From a virus (taxonomy: Duplodnaviria > Heunggongvirae > Uroviricota > Caudoviricetes), in IMG/VR virus record IMGVR_UViG_2913152634_000006: a stretch of 39,545 bases of DNA. The stretch is one strand, 5' to 3'. The notes under the pieces are model-generated. The model did no database searches. It had not been told where the DNA came from and saw only the letters and a program-made list of their open reading frames with translations. The position numbers and the translations under genes were made by a program. Positions 18,214 to 27,988 of the stretch are shown here, in pieces. Within the stretch, counting starts at the first letter, position 1, and every line of letters starts with the position of its first letter.

Positions 18214-18602
18214 GCAACACATTTAAATTCAGCAGCCGGAGCGAAAAGAATTTGCAGGGCGTAAATCCTGATCTGGTGAAAGTGACCCGACGGGCACTGG
18301 AAATTTCGGAAGTGGATTTTGGTATCACCGAAGGGTTGCGCAGCCGTTACCGCCAGAAGCAACTTGTGGCCACAGGTAAGAGCCAGACCATGAACAGCCG
18401 CCACCTTACGGGACATGCCGTGGATGTTGTGGCTTATATCGGCAGCCAGGTGTCATGGGAGTGGCCGCTGTACGAAAAAATCGCAGCAGCATTCAGACAG
18501 GCCAGCCGGGAACTGAATATTCCGGTGGAATGGGGCGGCGACTGGAAGACCCTGAAAGACGGACCGCATTTTCAGTTACCACACGGAGCCTATCCGGCAT
18601 GA
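18210..18602 (+). CDS. Endolysin, M15-family L-alanyl-D-glutamate peptidase type
   Basis: 130 aa; SRHLTGHAVD and DGPHFQL match the zinc-ligand pattern (H...D...H) of VanY/M15 peptidase endolysins; not the P2 K lysozyme type. Confidence 0.8.
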   Translation: MSNTFKFSSRSEKNLQGVNPDLVKVTRRALEISEVDFGITEGLRSRYRQKQLVATGKSQTMNSRHLTGHAVDVVAYIGSQVSWEWPLYEKIAAAFRQASRELNIPVEWGGDWKTLKDGPHFQLPHGAYPA

Positions 18603-19006
18603 AGCTCTGGCCCACGCTGGGCGTCGCTTTCCTTCTGATTGCCGCATGGGGAACATCCATGCGTCTGTCGTGGTCGCTGGGCCGGGAGAACGCCAGAAAC
18701 GAAGCGCAGGCCAGCGCCCTGAAAAGCACCGTCGACAACCTGAATATCATCAGCACCGGGGTACAGGATATGCAGCAGGTGCTGGCGCAACTCCGCGTGG
18801 AAAATCAACAGCGAAATCAGGACGGAGAGGCCAGACGTGAACAGCTACGCAACGATATTGCAAAAGATGAATGCGCCCACGCTTTGCCTGACGCTCGTTT
18901 TACTGACAGGTTGCGCAGGCACGCAGAACGCGCCACGGCCAGCGCCGTCAGTCCGGCTTATACCGCAGACGCTGACCATACCGGTAACACCTCCCCCCTT
19001 CCCTGA
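18599..19006 (+). CDS. Rz-like i-spanin (LysB-like)
   Basis: In-frame ATG 18599 (MKLWPTLGVAFLLIAAWGT... N-terminal TM then charged coiled-coil-like region); the C-terminal extent is uncertain. Confidence 0.5.
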   Translation: MKLWPTLGVAFLLIAAWGTSMRLSWSLGRENARNEAQASALKSTVDNLNIISTGVQDMQQVLAQLRVENQQRNQDGEARREQLRNDIAKDECAHALPDARFTDRLRRHAERATASAVSPAYTADADHTGNTSPLP

Positions 19007-19157
19007 CACTCCCACATGGGGAAATCTCGGTATATGGGGCGACCGCCTTCTGGATGCACTGGAAACCTGTAACGCGGATAAACGGGCCATTGAATTACTG
19101 GAACAGCGCAGGCTGCAACGACTGAACAACGAGGACAACAACCATGCTGAAAACTGA
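18867..19157 (+). CDS. Rz1-like o-spanin lipoprotein (LysC-like), overlapping the i-spanin in another frame
   Basis: Signal peptide with lipobox LLTGC (MNAPTLCLTLVLLTGCAG) and a proline-rich mature region; embedded/overlapping arrangement typical of Rz/Rz1. Confidence 0.55.
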   Translation: MNAPTLCLTLVLLTGCAGTQNAPRPAPSVRLIPQTLTIPVTPPPFPDTPTWGNLGIWGDRLLDALETCNADKRAIELLEQRRLQRLNNEDNNHAEN

Positions 19158-19611
19158 TTCCCTGCGTGAAGCCATGACCTGTTCATGCCGATGGTGTCAG
19201 GCCAACCCGGAAAAATTCACCATTTTCGTGGAGAGCGGCAACATTGAAACGACCGGAGAAACGCCCTCGTTTGTTTACCGCTATCAGATGGTGATGTTTG
19301 TCATGGATTACGCCGGGGAGCTGGACGACCTCACGCTGCCGCTGCTGGCGTGGTTATCCGAAAATCAGCCACAGTTGTTGCTCAACCCTGAGCGTAATCA
19401 GGACATCAAATTCTCCGCCGTTATCAATGACGATGACAGCGCCGATCTCCTGTTTACGCTCCCCCTGCGGGAACGCGTTCGCATCACGCGCAGCAGTCAG
19501 GGCACACCGCAGGCAGAACACCTGCCGGAGCCAAAACCCCGCCTGCCCTCTTCCGAAGGCGACTGGTCGCATGTATTCCAGGATGTGACGTGGTGTGAAA
19601 GCGATGGATAA
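19144..19611 (+). CDS. R: Tail completion protein R
   Basis: 155 aa (same length as P2 R), position after the lysis cassette. Confidence 0.8.
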   Translation: MLKTDSLREAMTCSCRWCQANPEKFTIFVESGNIETTGETPSFVYRYQMVMFVMDYAGELDDLTLPLLAWLSENQPQLLLNPERNQDIKFSAVINDDDSADLLFTLPLRERVRITRSSQGTPQAEHLPEPKPRLPSSEGDWSHVFQDVTWCESDG

Positions 19612-20239
19612 GGCATTCACCCGCGTGGATGAAACCTTTGAGGCCATCCGCGACAGCCTGAATCAGCAGGCCATCAATAACATCGCCAGAAAGCTGGCAC
19701 AGGATTTACGCCGCGCCCAGCAGGCGCGCATCCGGTCACAGAAAGCGCCGGACGGGACCGCATGGACACCGCGCAGACGCCGCGTAACCCGGATACAGGA
19801 ACGCATTCGCTTTATCTGGAATAACGAAGCACGCACGCTGAAAAACTGGCATCACGACACGGGGAAATACGGGCGAACCATTACCGGGTGGGATGAGGAT
19901 AAAAACAATATCCGCACGTTTTACCGGGATGACATCGACCGTTTTCTGGAAATACGCACCCGGCGCATCAACCAGGACAGCACAAAGCGCGTCCCCATGT
20001 TCGTAAAACTGCGCACCGCCCGCTACCTGAAAGCCCGTGCAGATGCTTCCGGTGTGACGGTGGGTTACAGCGGCGTGGCCGCACGTATTGCCCGCGTTCA
20101 TCAGTTCGGTGAGCGCGATCAGGTTGCGCCGGGCATTTTCACCGATTACCCGGTACGTGAGCTGTTGGGCATCAGTCAGGCAGATGAACGCCTGATTTAT
20201 AACACGGTGCTGGGCCGGATTGCGGAGGCTGTACGGTGA
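19604..20239 (+). CDS. S: Tail completion / virion morphogenesis protein S
   Basis: ATG 19604 overlaps the R stop; position between R and V. Confidence 0.7.
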   Translation: MDKAFTRVDETFEAIRDSLNQQAINNIARKLAQDLRRAQQARIRSQKAPDGTAWTPRRRRVTRIQERIRFIWNNEARTLKNWHHDTGKYGRTITGWDEDKNNIRTFYRDDIDRFLEIRTRRINQDSTKRVPMFVKLRTARYLKARADASGVTVGYSGVAARIARVHQFGERDQVAPGIFTDYPVRELLGISQADERLIYNTVLGRIAEAVR

Positions 20240-20817
20240 GCGCAGAACTCATGCGACTGCTGAGCAATATCATCCGCACCGGGATCATCTCTGAAGTTGA
20301 TGAGAAGTCCTGGCGCGTGCGCGTTCGCAGCGGCGAACTGGAAACAGGCTGGTTGCGCTGGAACACCACGCGCGCGGGGGCCTTCAATGTGTGGCTGCCG
20401 CCATCACCAGGCGAACAGGTGGTAATTGCCTGCATTGGCGGCAACCCGGAAACCGCCATGATAATTGGCAGCCTGTGGAGTGATGCCAATCCGGCCCCCG
20501 GCAAAAGCCTGAAAGAAATCGTGATCAGCGCGCCGGACGGCGCGGTGTTCCGCTACGACGCGGACGCAGGCGCACTGAGCGCCAGCGGCATGAAAACGGC
20601 CACTTTACAGGCATCCGTCAGCGTGAAACTGGACACGCCCGTCGTGGAATGCACAAACCTTCTGAGAACGGCGACGCTTGACGTCACAAAAGGAGGAAAG
20701 ATGAGCGGCAATATCACGCACAGCGGCGGCAACTTCACCTCAAACGGCATTACCGTGCATACGCATAAACACGGTGGCGTGAAAGGTGGCAGCGATTCGA
20801 CAGGAGGCCCGCAGTGA
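20236..20817 (+). CDS. V: Baseplate spike/assembly protein V
   Basis: 193 aa, GTG start overlapping the S stop; glycine-rich C-terminus; synteny S-V-W-J-I. Confidence 0.8.
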   Translation: MSAELMRLLSNIIRTGIISEVDEKSWRVRVRSGELETGWLRWNTTRAGAFNVWLPPSPGEQVVIACIGGNPETAMIIGSLWSDANPAPGKSLKEIVISAPDGAVFRYDADAGALSASGMKTATLQASVSVKLDTPVVECTNLLRTATLDVTKGGKMSGNITHSGGNFTSNGITVHTHKHGGVKGGSDSTGGPQ

Positions 20818-21164
20818 CAACCCGCTACACAGGAATGAATCCGGACGGGACAGGAAACCTGAACGATATGGAGCACCTGAAACAGTCAGTCAGGGATATC
20901 CTGACCACCCCGCTGGCAAGCCGGGTTATGCGACGGGAATATGGCAGCCTTGTGCCTGATTTGATTGACGAACCCATGAATAACACCACGCGTCTGCAAT
21001 GCATGAGTGCTGCCGTGATTGCGCTGACACGATGGGAACCCCGCATTGCCCTGGATGCCATCGACGTTGTCTGGAAAGCGGGAGGCCGCGCCGGGGTGAC
21101 GCTGTCGGGCACTGTCATGCAGACCATGCAGAATGTTGAATTAACCATCACGCTAAGGGAGTAA
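20814..21164 (+). CDS. W: Baseplate protein W (T4 gp25-like)
   Basis: 116 aa (P2 W is 115 aa); 4-nt overlap with V. Confidence 0.8.
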   Translation: MTTRYTGMNPDGTGNLNDMEHLKQSVRDILTTPLASRVMRREYGSLVPDLIDEPMNNTTRLQCMSAAVIALTRWEPRIALDAIDVVWKAGGRAGVTLSGTVMQTMQNVELTITLRE

Positions 21165-21167
21165 ATC

Positions 21168-22064
21168 ATGCCCGCCGTTGACCTTTCACAGTTACCGGAC
21201 CCCGCCATCATCGCGGAGCCTGACTTTGAGGCAATTCTGGCTGACACAAAGGCCATGATAATTGCGGCTTATCCCGCCGAACAGCGTGAAGCCGTTTCCG
21301 CCGCGCTGGAGCTGGAATCGGAACCCCTTAACGTTATCGCTCAAACCATGTCTTTTCGTGAAATGCTGTTACGCCAGCGGGTTAACGAGGGGGCACGCGC
21401 CTGCATGTTAAGCCACAGCGCCGGGACAGACCTGGACAACCTCGCGGGCAATATGAACACAAAGCGCCTGGTTATCACTCCGGCAACGGATACCACCGAC
21501 GCGGTGATGGAGAGCGACACATCGCTGAGACTGCGGGCGCAGCGGGCGTACGACGGCCTGAGTGTTGCTGGCCCGTCAGGTGCATACGAGTATTTTGCCC
21601 GCAGCGCCAGCGGTCTGGTGCGTGATGCGCGGGCTATCAGTCCGTCTCCGGCAAATGTGACGGTTTCCATTCTGTCCACTGAAGGCGACGGCACAGCAAC
21701 GGAGGCGTTGCTTAATACCGTTCGCGCCGTTCTGAATGCAGAGGACACCCGCCCGGTGGCCGACCGCCTGACCGTACAGAGCGCCAGAATCGTGACATGG
21801 CGGCTGAATGCAAAACTGTACTTTTACCCCGGTCCGGAATCCGAACCTATTCTGGCTGCGGCGGAATCGTCGTTCAGGAAGTGGCTGGCTGAGCAGGGGC
21901 TTATCGGTCAGGACGTGGCGTTGTCCGCCATTGCTGCCGCACTGCATGTGCACGGTGTGCAACGCGTGGAGATAATCGAACCCACACAGAATATGGCCAT
22001 CAGCGACATACAGGCGGCGCGCTGTGAGTCATTCACCATCAGCGAAGGTGGGCGCAATGAGTAA
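21168..22064 (+). CDS. J: Baseplate assembly protein J
   Basis: 298 aa, synteny and size as P2 J. Confidence 0.85.
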   Translation: MPAVDLSQLPDPAIIAEPDFEAILADTKAMIIAAYPAEQREAVSAALELESEPLNVIAQTMSFREMLLRQRVNEGARACMLSHSAGTDLDNLAGNMNTKRLVITPATDTTDAVMESDTSLRLRAQRAYDGLSVAGPSGAYEYFARSASGLVRDARAISPSPANVTVSILSTEGDGTATEALLNTVRAVLNAEDTRPVADRLTVQSARIVTWRLNAKLYFYPGPESEPILAAAESSFRKWLAEQGLIGQDVALSAIAAALHVHGVQRVEIIEPTQNMAISDIQAARCESFTISEGGRNE

Positions 22065-22587
22065 TTCGTTGTTACCACCATCAGCCAGCAATTTCATGCG
22101 TTGTGCCGAAGCCGTCGGAACACGCATTACAGACATTCCGGTAGACCTCAACACACTGTGGTCGCCGGATACCTGCCCGGTGCATCTGCTGCCCTATCTC
22201 GCCTGGGCATTTTCCGTTGACCGCTGGGATCGCAACTGGCCGGAAGAGACAAAGCGACAGGTTATTCGTGATGCATGGCTGATACACCGACACAAAGGGA
22301 CCATCAGAGCACTGCGCAGGGCCATTGAGCCGCTGGGATACCTCATTCGCGTGTCTGAGTGGTGGGAGTTCGGCGGAGAACCGGGAACATTTACCGTTGA
22401 AGTCGGCACACTGGACAGTGGCGTGACGGAGGAAATGTATCTGGAAATGGAGCGGTTGATTGCTGATGCCCGTCCGGTCAGCCGCCACATGACAGGGCTG
22501 AATATCATTCAGGAAATTCCGGGGGATATTTTCGCAGCGGCGGCAACTTATGACGGTGAAGTTATTACCATTTATCCGGACGATTAA
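22057..22587 (+). CDS. I: Baseplate/tail protein I
   Basis: ATG 22057 overlapping the J stop by 8 nt; 176 aa (P2 I is 176 aa). Confidence 0.75.
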   Translation: MSNSLLPPSASNFMRCAEAVGTRITDIPVDLNTLWSPDTCPVHLLPYLAWAFSVDRWDRNWPEETKRQVIRDAWLIHRHKGTIRALRRAIEPLGYLIRVSEWWEFGGEPGTFTVEVGTLDSGVTEEMYLEMERLIADARPVSRHMTGLNIIQEIPGDIFAAAATYDGEVITIYPDD

Positions 22588-22589
22588 GC

Positions 22590-24749
22590 ATGAGTACCAC
22601 AACACGAAAATTTAAAACCGTTATCACCGATACAGGTGCAAAAAAATTAGCTCAGGCAGCCGCGCCAGATGGTAAGCCTGTCCGCCTGACTCATATGGCC
22701 GTGGGCGACGGTGGCGGCACGTTGCCCACACCAGACAGTAAGCAGACCCGTCTGGTGCATGAGGTGTGGCGACACACTGTTAATCGCGTCATCCTGGACG
22801 CAACACATCAGAACCGCATTATTGCGGAGCTGGTTATACCTCCTGAAACGGGCGGATTCTGGATCCGGGAAATTGGTGTATTTGATGAGCACGGCGATTT
22901 AATCGCGGTGGGCAATACTGCCGAAAGTTACAAGCCAACCGTTGCCGAGGGGTCCGGACGTGCACAAACATTTCGCACCATTCTGACCGTATCCAGCACT
23001 GCCAGCGTGGCGCTTACCGTGGATAACACCATGGTGATGGCCACAGTGGATTACGTGGATGACAAACTGAAAGAGCATGAACAGTCACGACGTCACCCGG
23101 ATGCCTCGCTGACCGCAAAAGGCTTTGTTCAACTCAGTAGCGCCACTAACAGCGATTCTGAAACGCTGGCCGCAACGCCGAAAGCGGTTAAGGCCGCGTA
23201 TGACCTGGCTAACGGAAAATATACCGCTCAGGACGCCACGACGGCACGAAAAGGGATAGTCCAGCTCAGCAGTGCAACCAACAGCACGTCTGAAACGCTG
23301 GCAGCGACACCAAAAGCGGTTAAGGCGGTAATGGATGAAACGAACAAGAAAGCCCCATTAAACAGCCCGGCACTGACCGGAACGCCAACAACACCAACTG
23401 CACAACAGGGAACGAATAATACCCAAATCGCAAGCACGGCTTTCGTTATGACCGCGATTGCCGCACTTGTAGACTCTTCACCTGACGCACTGAACACGCT
23501 GAACGAGCTGGCGGCGGCGCTGGGCAACGACCCGAATTTTGCGACCACCATGACTAACGCGCTTGCGGGTAAGCAACCGAAAGATGCCACCCTGACGGCG
23601 CTGGCCGGGCTTGCTACTGCGGCAGACAGGTTTCCGTATTTTACGGGGAATGATGTTGCCAGTCTGGCAACCCTAACAGAAGTCGGGCGGGATATTCTTG
23701 CGAAATCGACCGTTGCCGCTGTTATCGAATACCTCGGTTTACAAGAAACGGTAAATCAGGCTTCTGGCGCATTACAGAAAAACCAGAACGGCGCAGATAT
23801 TCCCGATAAAAAACTATTCCTGCGTAATATCGGCACAACAAATTCAACAACAATGTCTTTTAGTGGTGGTGCTGGATGGTTCAAACTGGCAACTGTAACA
23901 ATGCCACAAGCCAGTTCCGTGGTTTACATAAACCTGATTGGTGGCGCAGGGTATAACGTTGGCTCCCCGCAGCAAGCAGGCATCTCTGAGCTGGTTCTGC
24001 GTGCAGGAAATGGAAATCCAAAAGGTATTACTGGTGCATTATGGCGACGGACCTCGGTTGGATTTACTAATTTTGCATGGGTGAATACATCCGGTGATAC
24101 CTATGACATTTATGTAGAAATAGGTAATTACGCCACAGGTGTTAATATCCAGTGGGATTATACAAAGGATGCAACTGTACAAATTCATACATCACCAACT
24201 TATACAGCGAATAAACCAACAGGCCTGACAGATGGAACTGTATATGTAATTTACAGTTCGCACATTAAACCGACTGCTGCTGAGGTTGGGGCGTTGTCAT
24301 TATCTGGCGGTCAATTGAATGGTGCATTGGGTATCGGAACATCCAGTGCTCTTGGCGGTAACTCGATTGTTTTGGGTGATAATGACACGGGATTTAAACA
24401 AAATGGCGACGGGTATCTGGATGTTTATGCTAATAACGTCCATGTTATGCGCTTTGTCTCCGGCGGCATTCAAAGTAATAAAACCATAAATATTACAGGG
24501 CGTGTTAACCCCTCGGATTACGGTAACTTTGATTCCCGCTATGTGAAAGATGTTCGACTTGGTTCACAGCAATATTATGGCGTGAACAACTGGCAAACAT
24601 GGAATTTCCAGTGCCCGTCAGGTCATGTATTGACTGGTATTAATGTTCAGGATACAGGGTCCAATTCTGCCGATAATATAGCGGGCGTTTATTACAGACC
24701 CGTTCAAAAGTATATAAATGGCACCTGGTATAATGTAGCGAGCGTTTAA
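22590..24749 (+). CDS. H: Tail fibre protein H (constant N-terminal part plus currently expressed variable C-terminal part)
   Basis: 719 aa; tail-fibre repeat motifs ([19 protein letters not shown] twice); C-terminal [11 protein letters not shown] shared with the inverted Hv' cassette; gix-like site inside the gene at codons about 378-386. Confidence 0.85.
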   Translation: MSTTTRKFKTVITDTGAKKLAQAAAPDGKPVRLTHMAVGDGGGTLPTPDSKQTRLVHEVWRHTVNRVILDATHQNRIIAELVIPPETGGFWIREIGVFDEHGDLIAVGNTAESYKPTVAEGSGRAQTFRTILTVSSTASVALTVDNTMVMATVDYVDDKLKEHEQSRRHPDASLTAKGFVQLSSATNSDSETLAATPKAVKAAYDLANGKYTAQDATTARKGIVQLSSATNSTSETLAATPKAVKAVMDETNKKAPLNSPALTGTPTTPTAQQGTNNTQIASTAFVMTAIAALVDSSPDALNTLNELAAALGNDPNFATTMTNALAGKQPKDATLTALAGLATAADRFPYFTGNDVASLATLTEVGRDILAKSTVAAVIEYLGLQETVNQASGALQKNQNGADIPDKKLFLRNIGTTNSTTMSFSGGAGWFKLATVTMPQASSVVYINLIGGAGYNVGSPQQAGISELVLRAGNGNPKGITGALWRRTSVGFTNFAWVNTSGDTYDIYVEIGNYATGVNIQWDYTKDATVQIHTSPTYTANKPTGLTDGTVYVIYSSHIKPTAAEVGALSLSGGQLNGALGIGTSSALGGNSIVLGDNDTGFKQNGDGYLDVYANNVHVMRFVSGGIQSNKTINITGRVNPSDYGNFDSRYVKDVRLGSQQYYGVNNWQTWNFQCPSGHVLTGINVQDTGSNSADNIAGVYYRPVQKYINGTWYNVASV
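23127..23330 (+). repeat. Tandem duplication of a tail-fibre collar repeat (two roughly 72-bp copies, period about 132 bp) within H
   Basis: Copy 1 at 23127-23198 and copy 2 at 23259-23330, encoding [22 protein letters not shown]. Confidence 0.5.
23722..23747. promoter_or_regulatory. gix/cix-like recombination site, left (inside H)
   Basis: ttatcgaatacctcggtttacaagaa; 23/26 identical to the reverse complement of the right site and close to the recalled Mu gix sequence; central dinucleotide TC at 23734-23735. Confidence 0.6.
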
Positions 24750-24750
24750 T

Positions 24751-25275
24751 ATGATGCACTTAAAGAACATAAAAGCGGGTAACGCTAAAACACTGGAACA
24801 GTATGAGTTAACAAAGAAACACGGAGTTATCTGGCTTTACTCTGAGGACGGAAAAAACTGGTATGAGGAAGTGAAAAACTTTCAGCCAGACACCATAAAG
24901 ATTGTTTACGATGAAAATAATATTATTGTCGCCATCACCAAAGATGCCTCCACGCTTAACCCTGAAGGTTTTAGCGTAGTTGAGGTTCCCGATATAACAA
25001 CCAATCGTCGGGCCGATGATTCCGGTAAGTGGATGTTTAAGGACGGAGCTGTGGTTAAACGGATTTATACAGCTGACGAACAACAACAGGCCGAATCACA
25101 AAAGGCCGCGTTACTTTCCGAAGCAGAAAGCGTTATTCAGCCACTGGAGCGCGCTGTCAGGCTGAATATGGCGACGGATGAGGAACGCGCACGACTGGAA
25201 TCATGGGAACGCTACAGTGTTCTGGTCAGCCGTGTGGATACGGCAAATCCTGAATGGCCACAAAAGCCTGAATAA
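24751..25275 (+). CDS. G: Tail fibre assembly chaperone G
   Basis: 174 aa, starts 2 nt after the H stop; paralogous to the inverted G' (shared MMHLKNI...GKNWYEE...[22 protein letters not shown]). Confidence 0.8.
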   Translation: MMHLKNIKAGNAKTLEQYELTKKHGVIWLYSEDGKNWYEEVKNFQPDTIKIVYDENNIIVAITKDASTLNPEGFSVVEVPDITTNRRADDSGKWMFKDGAVVKRIYTADEQQQAESQKAALLSEAESVIQPLERAVRLNMATDEERARLESWERYSVLVSRVDTANPEWPQKPE

Positions 25276-25282
25276 AAATTAA

Positions 25283-25298
25283 GGCCCGATAGCGGGCC
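25283..25298. terminator. Short GC hairpin (GGCCCG-atag-CGGGCC) between convergent G and G'
   Basis: Perfect 6-bp stem read directly; bidirectional position between convergent genes; weak flanking U-tracts. Confidence 0.4.
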
Positions 25299-25303
25299 TT
25301 GTC

Positions 25304-25837
25304 TCATTCTGGTTGTTCGGGAAACGTTACTGGCAGGCTGGAGGTGTCTGTAGATTCGACCTTCTGCGCATAGAGCATCCACTCGGTTAATTTTTGTTTA
25401 TTCTCGTCGGAAATGATGCCCAGCCGTAGCTGTGAGTCCCATAGCTGGGTTTTATCCCTGACAAGTTGCACCAGGCTTTGCTTTTCATTCTCTGCCTGCT
25501 GCCTCTGTTCCTCTTCGGTATAAGTTCGCTTTATCACTACGCCATCTTTGAACATCCATTTACCCGAAATATCAGCCCGGCGATTTGCTGTAATATCAGG
25601 AACCTCAACGACGCTTGCGCCTTCCGGATTAATTGCTGAAACATCCTTTTCAATACAAATAATAACGCCGTTGTAGTCATAGACCATTTTCAACGTATCA
25701 GTCTGGAAATTCTTTTGTTCCTCATACCAGTTTTTTCCATCCTCTGTATAAAGCCATTTGATGTTAAATTGTTTCGTTAGCTGGTATTGCTCTTTTGTTT
25801 TAGGGTTGCCAGCTGTAATATTTTTTAAGTGCATCAT
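25304..25837 (-). CDS. Alternative tail fibre assembly chaperone G'
   Basis: 177 aa, paralogue of G on the opposite strand inside the invertible segment. Confidence 0.8.
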   Translation of the reverse strand: MMHLKNITAGNPKTKEQYQLTKQFNIKWLYTEDGKNWYEEQKNFQTDTLKMVYDYNGVIICIEKDVSAINPEGASVVEVPDITANRRADISGKWMFKDGVVIKRTYTEEEQRQQAENEKQSLVQLVRDKTQLWDSQLRLGIISDENKQKLTEWMLYAQKVESTDTSSLPVTFPEQPE

Positions 25838-25839
25838 AA

Positions 25840-26796
25840 TTAAATACTCCCCGCGTTATACCACGTTCCATTAATGCAATACTGAATTGGCCTTGCCTGA
25901 GTTGTATCAATTAATTCATCACGGTTTCCGTTAACTGAACCAGTAACGACATAACCTGACCTGTCAGACCAGCCGGGACCATTCCATGTCTGAACAGATG
26001 ACAGACCGCCCAGGCGAATACCTGTAATAAACCTTGAGTTACATTCTGCCTGCGTATATGCACCAACATCCCCCGCAGAGGGTTTGCGGGTTGTGGTGTA
26101 AAACTCTGACCAGTTAGCTTCAAAGCCATAACCATCACGCGCTGAACGATAAAAGATGCCGCCGTTCTTATAATTCACGCGGAACTGTACAGCAGGGCAA
26201 CTCCCCGCATTCATATTGAAGTGGAGGATTAATGTCGATGCACCACTGATATCTGCATCATAAACACCGCTATTCCAGTTCCAGCCAACAGCTTTATCAT
26301 TTGCGACCCTGCTTCCTGTTTGCCCTAAAGCAAATGCAGGCTGCTGGTTTTTCGTGTTGTAGTCTCGTCGCCAGCCAGGAGAATAAGCATCACCATGATT
26401 AATATAAGTGAATTGAGCGTTAGTAATTCCGCCACCGCTGGACGTGCTCGGCGTGGTAACGCGTATAGTCATTGCGCCGCGGGTGCCAATAACTTCCACC
26501 ACAGCACCTGCAAGACAAATATTTCCGCAACCTGTATCTGTAATTACCTTATTATTTGCATAAGCCCATGAGCCTTTGCACATCCAGTAAGGATGGTTAA
26601 ATGCCCCCTGACTCTCCAGCCACGAAATGAATTGTGCGGTTGTCCAGGCCTGACTATCGCCACCAATATTCAGCCATGAGCTATATGCGCGGCAGGCCCC
26701 AATATTTTTGGTGAAGGTATCTTTTCCCGGAATATCTGCGCCGTTCTGGTTTTTCTGTAATGCGCCAGAAGCCTGATTTACCGTTTCCTGTAAACC
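25840..26796 (-). CDS. Alternative tail-fibre C-terminal cassette Hv' (promoterless and start-less; expressed only after inversion fuses it to H)
   Basis: Open frame from the crossover in the right gix site to the stop at 25840; the frame is closed by TAA immediately outside the site; C-terminus IQYCINGTWYNAGSI parallels the H C-terminus; the ORF-track Met start (26583) is internal. Confidence 0.65.
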   Translation of the reverse strand, partial: GLQETVNQASGALQKNQNGADIPGKDTFTKNIGACRAYSSWLNIGGDSQAWTTAQFISWLESQGAFNHPYWMCKGSWAYANNKVITDTGCGNICLAGAVVEVIGTRGAMTIRVTTPSTSSGGGITNAQFTYINHGDAYSPGWRRDYNTKNQQPAFALGQTGSRVANDKAVGWNWNSGVYDADISGASTLILHFNMNAGSCPAVQFRVNYKNGGIFYRSARDGYGFEANWSEFYTTTRKPSAGDVGAYTQAECNSRFITGIRLGGLSSVQTWNGPGWSDRSGYVVTGSVNGNRDELIDTTQARPIQYCINGTWYNAGSI

Positions 26797-26810
26797 GAGG
26801 TTTTAGATAA
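26785..26810. promoter_or_regulatory. gix/cix-like recombination site, right (inverted relative to the left site)
   Basis: ttcctgtaaaccgaggttttagataa; its reverse complement ttatctaaaacctcggtttacaggaa is close to the recalled gix sequence. Confidence 0.6.
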
Positions 26811-26864
26811 TGGCCGTTTCCGGCCTGCATGGCATGATTTGCGCTTTTGGACGGGAGATTCAGC

Positions 26865-27452
26865 GTGCTGATTGGCTATGTAAGGGTATCAACAAATGAC
26901 CAGAATACAGACCTGCAACGAAACGCTCTTGTTTGTGCAGGATGTGAACAAATATTTGAAGATAAATTAAGCGGGACAAAGACAGACCGACCGGGATTAA
27001 GACGCGCTTTAAAGCGCCTTCAAAAAGGTGACACGCTGGTTGTCTGGAAACTGGATCGCCTCGGGCGAAGCATGAAACATCTGATTTCTCTCGTCGGGGA
27101 ACTACGGGAGCGAGGAATTAATTTTCGCAGTCTGACCGACAGCATAGATACATCTTCTCCAATGGGGCGTTTTTTCTTCCACGTGATGGGTGCCCTGGCT
27201 GAAATGGAACGTGAATTAATTGTTGAACGTACACTGGCCGGACTGGCGGCAGCACGCGCACGGGGGCGCACAGGCGGACGTCGACCGAAGCTGACAAAAG
27301 AACAGCATGAGCAAATAGCAAGGCTGATCAAAAACGGGCACGACAGAAAACAACTGGCAATAATTTACGGCATTGGTATATCGACGATTTATCGTTACCA
27401 CCCCGCAGGAGAATCAATCGGAACAATAGAGAAGAGTCAGGAAACAAAATAA
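26865..27452 (+). CDS. Serine-recombinase DNA invertase (Gin/Hin/Cin/Pin family)
   Basis: From GTG 26865 (GGGAG SD 7 nt upstream): MLIGYVRVSTNDQNTDLQRNALVCAGCEQIFEDKLSG... is near-identical over the first ~140 aa to recalled Mu Gin, including the catalytic Ser in YVRVSTNDQ; C-terminal HTH. ORF-track ATG 26847 is the alternative start. Confidence 0.9.
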   Translation: MLIGYVRVSTNDQNTDLQRNALVCAGCEQIFEDKLSGTKTDRPGLRRALKRLQKGDTLVVWKLDRLGRSMKHLISLVGELRERGINFRSLTDSIDTSSPMGRFFFHVMGALAEMERELIVERTLAGLAAARARGRTGGRRPKLTKEQHEQIARLIKNGHDRKQLAIIYGIGISTIYRYHPAGESIGTIEKSQETK

Positions 27453-27480
27453 CCGCTAATCTGACCATTAGCGGTTTTTG
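27451..27480 (+). terminator. Rho-independent terminator after the invertase gene
   Basis: aaccgctaat-ctgacc-attagcggtt followed by tttt, immediately after the invertase stop. Confidence 0.55.
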
Positions 27481-27487
27481 TGTTAAA

Positions 27488-27982
27488 TCAGAACAGCCCT
27501 TTAACTGAACTGGCCGCGCTGTTAAGAGATGATGTCACCTTATCTTTGAAGCCGGACAGCATATCGCTGAATGATGAGGATTGCAGGCGCTCCCGCAAAT
27601 CCTCATCACAGCGTTCAAGGGTCAGTGAAAATTCTATCTTTTTCGCCTTACCGTAGCGATCAAACTCGGAACGGGTCGTATTCGTTTCAGTCAGCACATA
27701 CATGCCGTAAATCTGCCCGACACCATCAATCAGAGGCCAGGGGCGTCCTGTATATGCCTGCGTGGTCAGCAACGAAAGCGACACTTCGCCACCTGTAATT
27801 TCAGGATAAAGCACGCCGGAAAGCACAATGCGATCATCACCTGCACCTATATACTGCCAGCTTGCTGAACGGTTAACGCGTTCATTTTTCACATGCCGCC
27901 AGCTTTTGTTTTGCTGTAACTGCTGATGCGGCAGTGTGCGCAGCTCAAAAACAAACATGCCGTAGATCATCATCATGACCAT
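27488..27982 (-). CDS. U: Tail protein U
   Basis: 164 aa, immediately downstream of the tape measure on the same strand; SWRH...GAGDD..I.LSG...RPWPL.DG...EFDRYG pattern as recalled for P2 U. Confidence 0.8.
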   Translation of the reverse strand: MVMMMIYGMFVFELRTLPHQQLQQNKSWRHVKNERVNRSASWQYIGAGDDRIVLSGVLYPEITGGEVSLSLLTTQAYTGRPWPLIDGVGQIYGMYVLTETNTTRSEFDRYGKAKKIEFSLTLERCDEDLRERLQSSSFSDMLSGFKDKVTSSLNSAASSVKGLF

Positions 27983-27988
27983 GACTCC

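Larger units (their letters stand above)
23722..26810. other. Invertible tail-fibre segment (G-segment-like shufflon) carrying Hv-G and, inverted, G'-Hv'
   Basis: Bounded by inverted 26-bp gix-like sites; mirror-image gene pairs; adjacent Gin-like invertase; the Hv' frame is open exactly from the crossover dinucleotide and in phase with the H constant region. Confidence 0.6.
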
